64,000 bases of DNA. Source: Eledone cirrhosa (taxonomy: Eukaryota). The stretch spans positions 254,944,001 through 255,008,000 of the forward strand of contig OZ024740.1 of NCBI GenBank assembly GCA_964016885.1, in the 5' to 3' direction. A program made the position numbers and the translations under genes. Of this stretch, positions 36,688-50,070 are shown piece by piece (the first letter of the stretch is position 1; each line of letters starts with the position of its first letter). The notes beneath the pieces are model-generated. The model was not told the DNA's origin. It ran no database searches and saw nothing but the letters and a program-made list of their open reading frames with translations.

Positions 36688-39600
36688 TGTCTTCCTATTA
36701 TATGTTATTGTATCATGATATGTCTCCCTATTTAAATCGCGTAAATATGTCTTAGCATTTTCCATTGACTCTGTCTGCTATTATATTATTAACATTGATA
36801 TATCATATTATTATGTATTTATAGATATTAATATATGTCAGATATTTGAGGTACTGTTTTGTAATATTTTGTAATATTTTATGAATGTAAAGTGTTTATT
36901 GTCGATACTTCATGTATTTATATATATATTTTCAACATACTCTAGTTTTGTATGATATTTTTTTCTTACCCTGGGAAAAACTTTATATACAATTTATTGA
37001 CCTTAAATAATATGTATGATGTAGTTTTATATGTTTTTTAATGTCAGTATATTATTCTATTCTATTGTTTTCTGTATTGTGTATGCACAACCTCAGGGTG
37101 ATTGATTTATCCTATTATAAAGGTTTTTTATATTATAACGTTTATATTTATATTTAAATACTTAATAAGTGTTAGTATGTGTTTGTGTAAATGTGTATAT
37201 ATATGGATATATATATATATTTACATATATTAAGCTTTTTATTCCTTATTATCCATTATATTGTATTCAATATCATATTGTAATTATCACATTATATTAC
37301 CATGTTGTGTTCAATGTAATTGTATTATACTGCATTTTCAACGTAGGTTTAATATGTTACTCGCTTTCATGCCCTATAGTCTATATATGTAACTGCACTA
37401 TTTTAGGGGTTAGCATGCTTTTCCTTGATATCTCTCCTAAGCTTTCAAAAATATAAATTCCCTATTCTTATGAGTTTTGGCTTGTTCTGGCCGTTAATGC
37501 TTCTTGTCTCTTTGCTCGCCCTGATGAGTCCTTATTAATGGGACGAAACATTGTTGGCTAATAAAGACTTTTGATGTATTGAAGGCCTCTTTGTTTATTT
37601 TTTTTTTGTTTTTATAATTTTTCGGCTCTGTTATATTACATTCAGCTATATTCTTATACTGTCATTTCTATAATACGACGAGTGTGTTTAACTGAAACGC
37701 ACTCTAGTATTTTAATTCTTATTACGGCTCCCGATTGGTTGAGCTTTTTCCTATATACTGGTGTTTTGGCCTTTATATATATCTGACAGTATGTTAACAA
37801 AGAGCTACTTGCCTTTATCACTGAAGAATATTCTCATATCCTCTAGAAATACTTATGAAAAACTCTTGATCGCTAGCGTTAACTCCTTCGTAAAAAGGAT
37901 TAGATGGCGTGCTTTCCACTTTGATAATAATAGGAATAGGATTAACCCCCGGGATAAGACTCCATTCAATAATTTTGGCTTCAAGACTTATAAAAGTCCA
38001 CCGCATAATGTTCTATTAGATAATTTTGAGAACGATTTACTTTACCTTGTCAAAAATATAAAATATAAGCCGCATAATAAATATGGGAACTATAATAAAT
38101 TTGACAGGTTCCAGTCTAAACTTAAGAATATTGTTAAGGATTTTAAAGGGAATAAGTCTATTCTTGTCCCGGCTGACAAGACTAAGAATCTTTACACTAT
38201 GGATTATATTGCTTACCGTAATTTTATTTATAAGGAGCTGCATAAAAATTACAAAAAGACTACGCAGGATAATTTGGAATATCAATAATGAGGTCCTCAA
38301 GATAGTTTCGGATCTGGGTCTTGATAAGTATACCCAACCATATTACCCTAGGGAACCGAGATTCACACTTAAGGATCATAAGGTAGACTTCACAAGTAAT
38401 CCTTCTGTTAGACTTATCAGTCCTTCTAAGTCTGATATAGCTATAATTAGTAAGAAAATTCTTGACCTGATTATACCAACCGTTAGGGAAAAAGTTCATT
38501 TTAATCTATGGGGGAATACTAAGAATGTTATTGATTGGTTCTCTGGTATTAATAAGCTTGAGTCTAATAGGTTTATCCAGTTTGATATTGACGCCTATTA
38601 CACGTCAATTTCACCTATCCTCCTTAATAAAGCCTTAATTATGGCTATGCGTATGTCTAGTCTTACGCGACCCCAGATTGATATTATACTAGCCGCCCGT
38701 AGGACTATCATCAAATTCGAAGATACACTTTGGACGCGTAAAAACACACCCAATAACTTTGACGTTACAATGGGTTCCAGTGATTCGGCGCAGGTAACTG
38801 ATCTTGTTGGGCTGTTCCTTTTGAACGAACTGTATGCTAGCTTTCCGCACCTTAAAGGTGGACTCTATCGTGACGATGCATTATTTGTGATACACTCTAG
38901 CACTAATAACATTGAGCATAATAGGAAGAAGCTTTATAGATTTTTTAAAAATTATAACCTTTCGATCACGATTGATAAGAATGATAGAGCGGTTAACTTT
39001 TTAGATGTGATATTAGACTTGATCACTAATAGTTATAAACCCTTCCACAAGCCAAATGAGACACTCTCTTACGTTAATCCTAATTCCAACCACCCTAAAT
39101 CTATGATTAGTTCTATAATTAATGGTGTTTCTAATAGAATCTCTACACTCTCTAAGGATATAGGAATCTTTAATTCGCATGCAGAGTATTATAATAATGC
39201 CCTAGCTAACTCTGGTTACTCTGGTAGAATACATTATAAGGAGGATAACCTGGGAATGACTCCAATTACCCATAATAACGTAATATCCCATAATATGGCC
39301 TTGAATAAGAGTAGAAAGTATAGGAATCATAGAAATCTTATAGATATATCAAGACCGTACCCTAAGTTTAGCAACCGAAATAGTAATCGTAATAGTGAGT
39401 CTAATGGTACGCTCTGAACGTTCACCCAGTGGTAATGTTTTAACTGCTTGTAATAGTATTTCGACTGGTCCTCGTTTTAACCCGGATCCTATTAATAAGA
39501 TACCAGATAACGGTAGGGATGGTAAAAGTAAGAATAGGAGGAGACTCAATACTTACTTTAACCCACCTTATGACCATGAGGTGTTAACTAATATTCCTAG

Positions 39601-42071
39601 GTCTTTCTTTTCTATCTTAGAGAAAAATTTCCCTCCTACTAATAAGTATCATGGTATCTTTAATAAGAATGTAATTAAACTTTCCTTCTCTACCACCCCT
39701 AACATTAATTCTCATCTAGCTAGCACTAACAATAGGAAAATTAGGGACAGCTACTCCTCTTTGCGTACTACTAATCTAGATAGCTCTATTAATAACTTAC
39801 CACCCGAGCAGATCTTATCTTATAATAACCCTAGGAATAATGCATCGCGTAGTCAGCGAGTCACTAGCACCCGGAAATGTAACTGTAGATTAAGTAATAA
39901 CTGCCCTTTAAATGGTCACTGCCTCTCTAGGAACATTGTTTATGCATGTGAAGTTAAGACTAATTCTTCATGTAGCACATATATAGGCTCCACATCTAAT
40001 ACTTTTAAGACTAGGTTTAATTCACATATTTTTAGTTTTAAGCATATCAAGTTTAAGAACTCTACTTCTTTGGCACACCATATCTGGGATTTAAAAGGGG
40101 CTGGTATACCATATAGCCTTAATTGGCGAACAGTAGCACACTCTAATCACCTATAAACACACACTAAATTCTGTAATCTTTGTATCCTAGAGACCCACTC
40201 TATAATTTTCTCTAGGAACGTATTGCTTAATAGAAAATCTGAAATATTTTCTTCCTGTCCGCATGCCATTTCTAATTCTTTCTTCTATTATAGACCTAAA
40301 AGTTCTGGTAGTTTAAACCGTATCCATTAGCTGCTATATTTCCTTATATCTTAGGTTTTAGTTCATTAATATTACCATTATTATTAGTTTTCTACGGTTT
40401 TTTCGATTTTAGTTTTCATAGTTTTGTTAGCTACCTTACCCTATCTATCATCTTATATAGTTTTATTTTTTACTCACCGTTATCGCCTTATAAGTTTGTA
40501 TGAATAGTTATTGAATAGTTTAATTTTGAGTCTCCTACATCTAAAACTAATAAACCTCCTCCTTTCCACACTTAATATTCGCCCCTTTTTATTTATATAA
40601 TAATTTTAATTTTATGCTCCTTTTTAATATATAATATATTATATATACATTTTACTTTTATGCTCATTCCTATCCTCCATAGTTTCACTTCTTTCTGTTC
40701 CCATTGGTCTACCATAGTTTTAGTTAGAGTTTTTTCTTTGATAACGTAATTCGTCTGAACTGATTGTAATTTTATCTTGATAGTTTTTATTGAAATATCT
40801 TAATTTTATACGATTTTGATGACTTAAACTTTATTCTATTTGAAGTGACCAATAATATCCTTTAGGTAATTTTAATATCAATTTATTTAATAAGGTTTTC
40901 TATTCAATTCTTTAATCTATATTCACCTAACGACTTAATACCTACGTAACTGTGCTTGTTTTTTGTTTTTGTTTTTGTTCTTCGTTTTATTTTATTTATC
41001 TTTTTACTACCACATGCTGCTGTCTGTCTTCCTATTATATGTTATTGTATCATGATATGTCTCCCTATTTAAATCGCGTAAATATGTCTTAGCATTTTCC
41101 ATTGACTCTGTCTGCTATTATATTATTAACATTGATATATCATATTATTATGTATTTATAGATATTAATATATGTCAGATATTTGAGGTACTGTTTTGTA
41201 ATATTTTGTAATATTTTATGAATGTAAAGTGTTTATTGTCGATACTTCATGTATTTATATATATATTTTCAACATACTCTAGTTTTGTATGATATTTTTT
41301 TCTTACCCTGGGAAAAACTTTATATACAATTTATTGACCTTAAATAATATGTATGATGTAGTTTTATATTTTTTTTAATGTCAGTATATTATTCTATTCT
41401 ATTGTTTTCTGTATTGTGTATGCACAACCTCAGGGTGATTGATTTATCCTATTATAAAGGTTTTTTATATTATAACGTTTATATTTATATTTAAATACTT
41501 AATAAGTGTTAGTATGTGTTTGTGTAAATGTGTATATATATGGATATATATATATATTTACATATATTAAGCTTTTTATTCCTTTTTATTCCTTATTATC
41601 CATTATATTGTATTCAATATCATATTGTAATTATCACATTATATTACCATGTTGTGTTCAATGTAATGGTATTATACTGAATTTTCAACGTAGGTTTAAT
41701 ATGTTACTCGCTTTCATGCCCTATAGTCTATATATGTAACTGCACTATTTTAGGGGTTAGCATGCTTTTCCTTGATATCTCTCCTAAGCTTTCAAAAATA
41801 TAAATTCCCTATTCTTTTGAGTTTTGGCTTGTTCTGGCCGTTAATGCTTCTTGTCTCTTTGCTCGCCCTGATGAGTCCTTATTAATGGGACGAAACATTG
41901 TTGGCTAATAAAGACTTTTGATGTATTGAAGGCCTCTTTGATTATTTTTTTATTTATTTATTTATTTTTTTAAAAATAATTTTTCGGCTCTGTTATATTA
42001 CATTGAGCTATATTCTTATACTGTCATTTCTATAATACGACGAGTGTGTTTAACTCCAACGCACTCTAGTA

Positions 42072-42078
<7 letters not shown>
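36688..42078 (+). mobile_element. Full-length Penelope-like element (Hydra-type) with ~1.03-kb direct pLTRs
   Basis: pLTRs 36688-37715 and 41025-42078 are nearly identical; ORF from ~37791 to ~40330 broken by two frameshifts; ADKT, LKDHK, FDIDAYYTSI, YRDD, CNCRLSNNCPL, VYACEV..YIG; (TA)n on both sides. Confidence 0.95.
37518..37558 (+). ncRNA. Minimal hammerhead in the pLTR (second copy 41865-41905)
   Basis: GCC-CUGAUGA-GUCCU/GGGAC-GAAA-CAUUG-UU/GGC, followed by AATAAA. Confidence 0.82.
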
Positions 42079-42125
<47 letters not shown>

Positions 42126-42128
<3 letters not shown>

Positions 42129-44315
42129 ATAATAATAAATTTGAAGACTAAAATCCAAAGAGGGCTCGATAAGGATAAATATATATCAAATGTACCGTGA
42201 TGATGGTCTTTTGACCATGACTAAGTGCGGCCCTCGTGCTTGCGATAGGTTCAGAAAAGAACTCACAGCCTTCTTTAAAGGCTTCAACCTCTCCATACAG
42301 GTTGAGGCCAACCTCTCGGTCGTTAATTACCTCGACGTTACCCTCAATTTATTGAATGGCTTGTATTACCCGTATAGAAAGCCGAATGATACGCTTAATT
42401 ACATAAGTAAGCATTCCAACCATCCTGCCAGCATAACCAAGAACCTGGTAAGAAACGTTTCGTTGAGGCTTTCCCGTCTATCTACTAACGAGCATATTTT
42501 CAACGACCATTCCACATATTACAATGAAGCTCTTGCTCGGAGTGGATTTGTCGATAAGGTAGCATATACAGAGTACGAGAATAGACTGAGAAAAAATAGA
42601 TCCCGTCGCATTATATGGTATAAACCACCATATAATATGGAGGTGGCCACACCATTAGCTAAGACCTTTCTATCCCTTATTACGAAGCATTTTCCCCCTA
42701 CACATAAATATAGTAAAATGTTTAATAGAAATACTATTAGAATTTCTTACTCTACGACTCCTAACCTTGCACATAACATCACAGCTTCAAATTTAGCTAA
42801 ACTACCTAGCCGTAGGAACACGTACAACCCTGTAGTTAGTACTAACTGAAATTGTAGGAATCGGGTTGATTGCCCCCTATCCGGGTAATGCCCCTCTAGT
42901 AACATTGTCTACAAATGTAAGGTTGAAACACCCACGTCCCGTAGGGCCTACATAGGGTTAACCGCCAATAGATTCAAGCAATGTCTTTACATGCATACCC
43001 ATTCTTTTCGTTACCCTCTAAAAAGGAATATGACGTCACTTTCAGCTTATATCTGGAGTCTAAAAGACAACCACACCCAATATAAGTTACACTGGGAGAT
43101 CCTAGCTAGGGCTAGATCGTATAACGGAAATAAAAGACCATGTGACATCTGCGCCGCTGAGGCCCTGGAAATACTCTACGCCACAGATCACATCTTAAAC
43201 AAAAAATCTGAGGCAATTTCGGCTTGTAAACATAAATTGCACAAAACTTTCCAGTATTACAGCCCCACATTATACCCTAACGGATAGTACGATCTATACG
43301 TGGATATTTTACGTCTTGATGTGGTAGCTAAGTATATGTTATGTTTATACCATTACTTATTTGCATAGGTAAGTATATATTACCTGTATGTTTTGTGAAG
43401 GTACGTATACTTTCTCTTACGTATATTTGATTGTATATGTTATAGCGTATATTTTTATATATTCTGGTACATATGCTTTTGGTTATGTGTATACGGGAGT
43501 TTTGCGTCTGTGTGAGTATGCGGGTTCGTACGTATGTTGGGTGTCTGTATATGTGTACTTCATGTTTTGGTTGACGTAAGTCTCCGAATATTTGTGTATT
43601 TACATGTAGGTATGTGTGTGCGCTTGTTATATACGTATTTATTTATTTATTTATTTATATACGTTTATTTAATTACTTATTTATTTGAATACACGCACAC
43701 ACATACACACACACACACATATATATGTGCGTGGTTTTGTACACATATGGCGAGTGTTTTCGCGTATGCTTGTGTATGTACGTATTTGGATGCGTGTATC
43801 TATTTATTTAATTTCAATTACCTCTGTATTGTATTTTATTTACTTTATTCTTTACTCTGAAGCGGAGAATCATTCGGTTTCCGAGTTAGAATTTAGTCTA
43901 CGACTTCAGCTATATCATTTACGTGGTTTTGTCTTTGCGTGCAATTGTTCTCACGGTCCACATATGACGTATTATCTTCGTTTTTTTCCGTTCATTGCCA
44001 GAGAACGTCTCTATGAACCACCTAAGAGAACATTAGTCTACGACTTCTTTTATACCATAAACGTGGTTCTGTCTTTGCGTGTAACTGTTTTTCACCGCTC
44101 CTATTAATGACGTATTATATTCGTTTTTTCCCGTGCTTTGTCAGGGAACGTTTCCACGAACCAAAGTATCGTCTTCCTGTCTTCCTCCGGTTGCAACGTT
44201 TTTTGAAATATCCACTTCTGCGTTTACAGATTGACTTTGTTAGTTTCAGAAGATCCCGTTAAGGGTGAAAGCAGCCATTCTTTGCTTAAACTTTAATTTG
44301 TAATTTTAATAAATA
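42126..44315 (+). mobile_element. Penelope-like element (Hydra-type), 5'-truncated at YRDD, with a short inverted head
   Basis: ORFs 42190-42849 and 42991-43287 (YRDD, YLDV, WYKPPY, RISYS, CDIC..E); 42126-42190 is an inverted terminal sequence. Confidence 0.9.
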
Positions 44316-44326
44316 TATATATACAT

Positions 44327-44925
44327 ATGTAAACACATTTCGTGTTTATCGTACACTTTAAATGTATTAACTGCTCGGAAGAGACCCTTCCTGGAGCTTA
44401 ATTATTGTAAATGACTGAGAGTTTATTCTCAAAATATAATATAATGTATTGCTCCTTTATTGTATGAGCTGATCCTTAATCCTGCATAAGCGGCTGTTAT
44501 TTCTAGCACCGTGAATGTGGGATAGCTAGTTTTGGCCTGCCTACCCACGTGTAGTCAGTCCTGCAAAATTTTTGATGTGTGATAAACTAATCTTACTGGA
44601 TTCCTGTTGATAAGCACAGAAGATTTGGGTATTTCACTCTTTTATTTCTATTCCATTTCGATTCTCTTTATTTTTCAATTCACATTCCACCGTTGCGAAA
44701 CTTATTTGGGTTTCGAGGTTCAAATTCGTCTACAGAACAGGTTTGAATTTTGAAATTTAAATATGTCCAGGAATCATGGCTGTTGCCAATATAATATTGT
44801 CTTTATTGACTTATATCAAGACAGACAAATTGTATTCACTTTTATTAGTTTATTTCATTAATGGCTAACTTTGTCTGTTGCAATGTAAACACATTTCGTG
44901 TTTATCGTACACTTTAAATGTATAT
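44327..44925. mobile_element. Non-coding 556-bp unit with ~40-bp terminal direct redundancy (family D)
   Basis: atgtaaacacatttcgtgtttatcgtacactttaaatgtat at 44327 and 44883; TA-flanked. Confidence 0.7.
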
Positions 44926-45259
44926 ACATATGTATATATATATATATATGTATATATATATGGTTATACTTGGGGAGGGTCATATTTGTGTAATATTGCC
45001 AGAATTAATAACAGAACACACTCACTGTTTGGTTGGTTTTCGCTTTTCGCTTCTGTATGTATATATGTATATGTATATGTATATACATATATGTATGTAT
45101 ATACATATATGTATGTATATACATGTATGTATGTATATACATGTATGTACATGTATATACATGTATGTATATACATATATGTATGCATATGTATATATAT
45201 ATGTATATGTATATATATATATGTATATATATGTATATATATATATGTATATATATATG

Positions 45260-45306
<47 letters not shown>

Positions 45307-45318
45307 TGTTATACTTTC

Positions 45319-45366
<48 letters not shown>

Positions 45367-45691
45367 GTGGCAGCGATAATGAGGGACAGAGACCGCTGGA
45401 GAGAACTCGTCCATGGATCTCGGGAATTTTACCCGCCTTAGATAGATAGATAGATAGATATATATGTATATAGTATTAATTATACTATTTATGGTTATGT
45501 AAATACAAAAACCTTTTGCAGTTATATATATTTTTATACAAACCCTAAATACTGGTAGGCAGTAATATATTACTACCTTATTACCAGTAATATATTACTA
45601 CCTTATTACCAGCTCAATGTAAAAACATCCGATGACTTACAGAGCAGTTATATGAAATATAAGAATCAAAGAACTGTTCAAAACATTTTTA

Positions 45692-45738
45692 TGCTTACAA
45701 CTGTTTCCTCCAAACCGAGGTTTGGATTCTTCGGAGCA
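45692..45738 (-). ncRNA. Hammerhead-like motif (CCGAAGA core variant) in a probable PLE tail
   Basis: UGCU-CCGAAGA-A.UCCAAACC/GGUUUGGA.G-GAAA-CAGUUG-UA/AGCA. Confidence 0.6.
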
Positions 45739-46308
45739 ATTTATTATTGAATGAACACTTATATGACCTCCTTTTCACCCAAGAGACATACAGATACATA
45801 TGCAAATATTGTGGGTCAACATTCATTACAGCATTTAGAGTGGCAGTACACACTTAGAGATTACATTCATATTAAAAGATACAATCAACAATACAGGTTA
45901 AAATACAACATGAAAATAAGCGGTTATATAGTGCAAGTGTTATATGTGTGGCAAGCACGTGCGTCTTGTTTATATAGTGTGGCAGAGAGTTACGTGTAGT
46001 AGAAGCACTTAAGTAGGTAAACAAGAGTGTTAGGTTGGTTGATCTGGTGGCAAATTCTTTATATGATTGTTATAGTCTGTGTATGGAGAAATAATATAAG
46101 CATTAAAAATAGTGCAAGCATTAAAAATATTAAAAATATTGGAAATGCACAGCGAAGGGATGATATGGACTTCATGTACTTCGACATTTTCATAGTCTGG
46201 GGAGTTTATTTTTCAGATTATATGCCCCTCACATAATCCACGACAATTCGATATTGAGCGTTTGACAATCCAGTTAGAGAATCGTAGTCTGATGTTCTTT
46301 AGTTCAAT

Positions 46309-46585
46309 ACAGGAGGATGTTACGTTTCGAGAATCGACATTGAAATACTACACCTTCAGCACAACTCTATAACACTTTAAGCTTTAGAAGTTTTTGGAAA
46401 TTGCGCTTAACCATAGAAGTTAGGGTCTATTTTGAGACACATTTCAATATTTTGAGACACATTTCAATAGTTAGTAATAGAAACCTCGGAGTTACCTCCC
46501 CTCATGCATTAACTCCCCTTAGCCACACACACACACTTCCGCGTAGTATTTCAATGTCGATTCTCGAAACGTAACATCCTCCTGT
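46309..46585. repeat. 43-bp perfect inverted repeats (MITE/foldback-like)
   Basis: 46309-46351 is the reverse complement of 46543-46585. Confidence 0.7.
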
Positions 46586-48189
46586 CTTTGTTTAGCCGTC
46601 AAACAGCATGCGGCGACTACAAGCTTGGGCAGCCCAGTCCATCACTCCGAGTGATATCGCCTAGCGAAATATATGGAAATCGATTTTTCCGAGCACTCTA
46701 GGAATGTATAACAGGGTTCAGTTGCGCCAGCAGGAAGTCAGCCCGCATCGTTACTCCATTCTTGTACAAAACCAGTACTATTCCTTTACCCAGGAGGGGG
46801 TGGTGGTGCTTAAGTAGAGGGAGGCGTGATATATCTATTAGTTCTGATTTGATCTGTAATTTAAAGGTACTATGTGGCGGTTAAAAAACCGGCCGCGCGC
46901 CGGGCCCCTGGGGAGAATCAAGCCACTCCGAGTAGTTTCATTTACCGAAAGAAGGGGAAATTTATTTTTCCAAGCACTCAAGGTAGGCGCCAGGGGGCCG
47001 GTCCCGCCGCCAGGAAAACCAACCCAACAGTCCGACAGAAAGTTGGAACGTTAAAATATTGTTTAAATTTATAGGATGAAGTTGAAAGAATTCAGAATAA
47101 CATTATAAAATTAAAGAGTAAGATTGAGAATTGAACAAACGGAAAATTGAAAATTAAACATTTAAAAATACTTTTTTAAGGTTTTGGGTTGCGGGGTTTA
47201 GTTAAAGAGAGTCTTTTATGAAGAAACATTAATTGTATTATGTAGATCTTCTATAATTTATCCTAGTGGGATGTAGAGTAAGGGATATAGTCGGGTAATA
47301 TTTATTTTTGTTCTCAGGGGGAGACATTCTAGTGTCGTGTGCTAATGGGTACAAGTGAGCAAAAGTCCCAATAGGAGGAGTAGAAATACATGGATACATT
47401 TTACAGCGAATATGTTACACAACAACAACAACAACAACAACAACACTACTACTAGCTACCTAGCAAGAAACGATAACATTCTTATACCAAAGATATAAAA
47501 AAAAAAAAGAACACTGACACACAAAGAAAAGAAAAACCGAACTTTTCGTTGTTTAGAACAATTATTTCTTATTTTTTTTCAAGGTTGTAAATGAATGTTG
47601 ATTTCACTTTATTATATGCCTGCATGCACATTCACGTTTTGCATCAAACACTTACATATCATTCCTTTTTACACACAAACATTTTGTTTCTTCTTTAAAT
47701 ATCCATAATGTATGTACTTGATTTGTGTGGGGATTCTGTGAGATCACTTTTTACCTGGTTGAGGTACGGAAACAGCTATCGACACATGAAACTCATCCAT
47801 ACACTGGGACTCATTCAGGCATGCAACTCGAAATTGCACACACTCATAACGATTGCAACTTCGCACGTCAAGTCATACACAGTAGTTTAAAATACATGAG
47901 TTGATCACAACTCCGTATATTTACAGTTTCTTTTAAATGGTTACATACGCACATGCATACACATTTACACGATTTTCTTTTCCAACATTTCTCTGCACAC
48001 TGAGTACGGGAGCAGTGCCCTCGATTTATGTTTTGGGACACTCTCCAGTGATCGGATTTCGCTACCACTTTTGTAATCTGTTGACCTCGAAAAACCGGCA
48101 GCTGCATCATGCTAAAACCCCTGCTCATTTGTTGCAGCTGCTCTAAAGTTTCTTGACAAAGAAAAGCATTTCGTACTTTTGCCTCAAAC

Positions 48190-48408
48190 ATGGCTTCTTC
48201 TCACTTCATTGAGAGCCGATACGATATAATGAGGACCGCGACGTCGAAGCTGAGTGTTATTCTTGAAGAAGCATTCCAAACTTGTTTCAAACAGTGGAAG
48301 GATTGCTGGAAAAAGTGTGTGGAGGCACAGGGGGACTACTTCAAACAGTGCAAGGATCGCTGGAGAAAGTGTGTGGAGGTATTAGGGGTTTGTTTTGAAG
48401 GGGATTAG
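48190..48408 (+). mobile_element. Mariner transposase C-terminal remnant
   Basis: FQTCFKQWKDCWKKCVEAQGDYF...FEG, resembling the mariner W..RW.KC....G.YFE tail. Confidence 0.7.
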
Positions 48409-48479
48409 CAATTGAACAGTACTAATTACGTAATTGTTTTTTTTCTTCCTTAGCCTGAAGTCGGAAACGTATCTGAAAC

Positions 48480-50070
48480 GTCAAGACACTTTTCCTACTA
48501 TATCAAGCGTTAAACTAATATTTTTTACAACAAAACTAAGAACAGGGAAAAAAATAAAAACACTAAAAAAAATACAACGTAATAGAAAGGGAAATCCCAA
48601 ACACCAAGGAAAGCCTAAAATAACAAATACTGGCAAAGGCAGAAAGAATCCGGAGATATGAAAAACGCCAAAAGTTTCACTCCAACCCAAAACGACTCTA
48701 CCAGGAACTTAATAGAAACAAAATAAAAGTTAATATAGTCCCAAAAGTAAAAGGAGTGGAAGAGTTGAGGGGAAGAATATAGACAGAAGTGGAAAAGAAA
48801 TGAACATGCACAAAACTAGCAAGAACAGCAAACACAGCAGACGAACAACTATGAGGGGATATTACAGATATGTCTATCACACAGAAGTGCAGGCAACTGG
48901 AAGGCACCAGGACATGAAAATAACCAAACACCTGGAAAAAAAAACAACCTGCTTCCAGAAGAACAGAAAGGATGCCGCAGAGACTCATATGGATGCAAAG
49001 ACCAGTTGTTAATAAATAAAACCATAACTGAAAACTTCAAAAACAAAAAAACCTCAGCATGGCTTGGATTGATTACCAAAAAGCTTTTGAAAGTGTTCCC
49101 CATACATGGATACTCAACATACTAGCCATGAATAGGGTATCAGCAAAAATAACAACATTTATCTAACATGCCATGAGTAAATGACAAAAAATTCCGCAGA
49201 TACAAACAAAGGATAAAACAATAAAAACATAGCCTATCCCAATCAACAGAGGCATATTTCAAGGAGACTCCCTATCACCACTGCTTTTCTGTCTAGCATT
49301 AACACCACTATCTGAAATACTAAACAGAACTGGGCTAGGGTATAAATACTACAATGGGAAAATTAACCATTTCCTATATATGGATGATCTAAAGCTGTAT
49401 GCTACAAATGAAAAGCAACTCCAAACACTGCTCAAAACTGTACACGGATTCACAAAAGAAATAGGCATGAAATTTGGATTAGAAAAATGTGCCAAGGCAA
49501 CTCTGAAGAGAAGGAAACTAGTGAAAAGCATTAACATCATGTTAAATAAAGAAACAGAAATAAGAGAACTAGATCAAACTCAGACATACAAATACTGAGG
49601 AATCAACGAACTAGATAAGATTCAACACACACAGATGAAAGAAAACATTAGAAAAGAATACTGCAGAAGAATTAGGTTAATACTCAAAACTGAACTAAAT
49701 GCAAAGAATAAGGTGATTAGCATTAACACTTTAGCAATCCCGGTAATGAGCTACAGTTTTAACATTCTGAACTGGACACTAAAAGAACTAGTTGGAATAG
49801 ATAAAAAAACAAGAAAAATAATGACCGCATTTAGAATATACCATCCAAAATCAGACGTAGAAAGATTATACCTACCAAGAACAAAAAGAAAAAGGGGCCT
49901 TATGTAAATAGAAAACTCTTACAAAATAATTATTGTAGGACTACAAAAATACCTAATAAAAAACAAAGTAAAGCTAGTACAAATAGCCACGAAACATGGA
50001 CAAAACAAGAAACTGTTCTCGGTCTTCAAGGAAGCCCAAAAAATTCAAATCAGAAACTGGACTAACAGCT
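48480..50070 (+). mobile_element. R4/Dong-like LINE, degenerate RT fragment
   Basis: GCKDQLL, AWLDY.KAF, GIFQGDSLSP, YMDDLKLY, MKFGLEKCAK, YHPKSDVERLYLPR. Confidence 0.85.

Noticed and set aside
37680-37710. Hairpin plus CTAG resembling a Helitron 3' end
   Set aside because: Lies within both pLTRs of a clear PLE; spacing does not fit and there is no Rep/Hel sequence
46860-47015. Identification as 5S, SRP, telomerase RNA or an HDV-like ribozyme
   Set aside because: Diagnostic motifs (telomeric template, conserved boxes, nested pseudoknot) could not be matched
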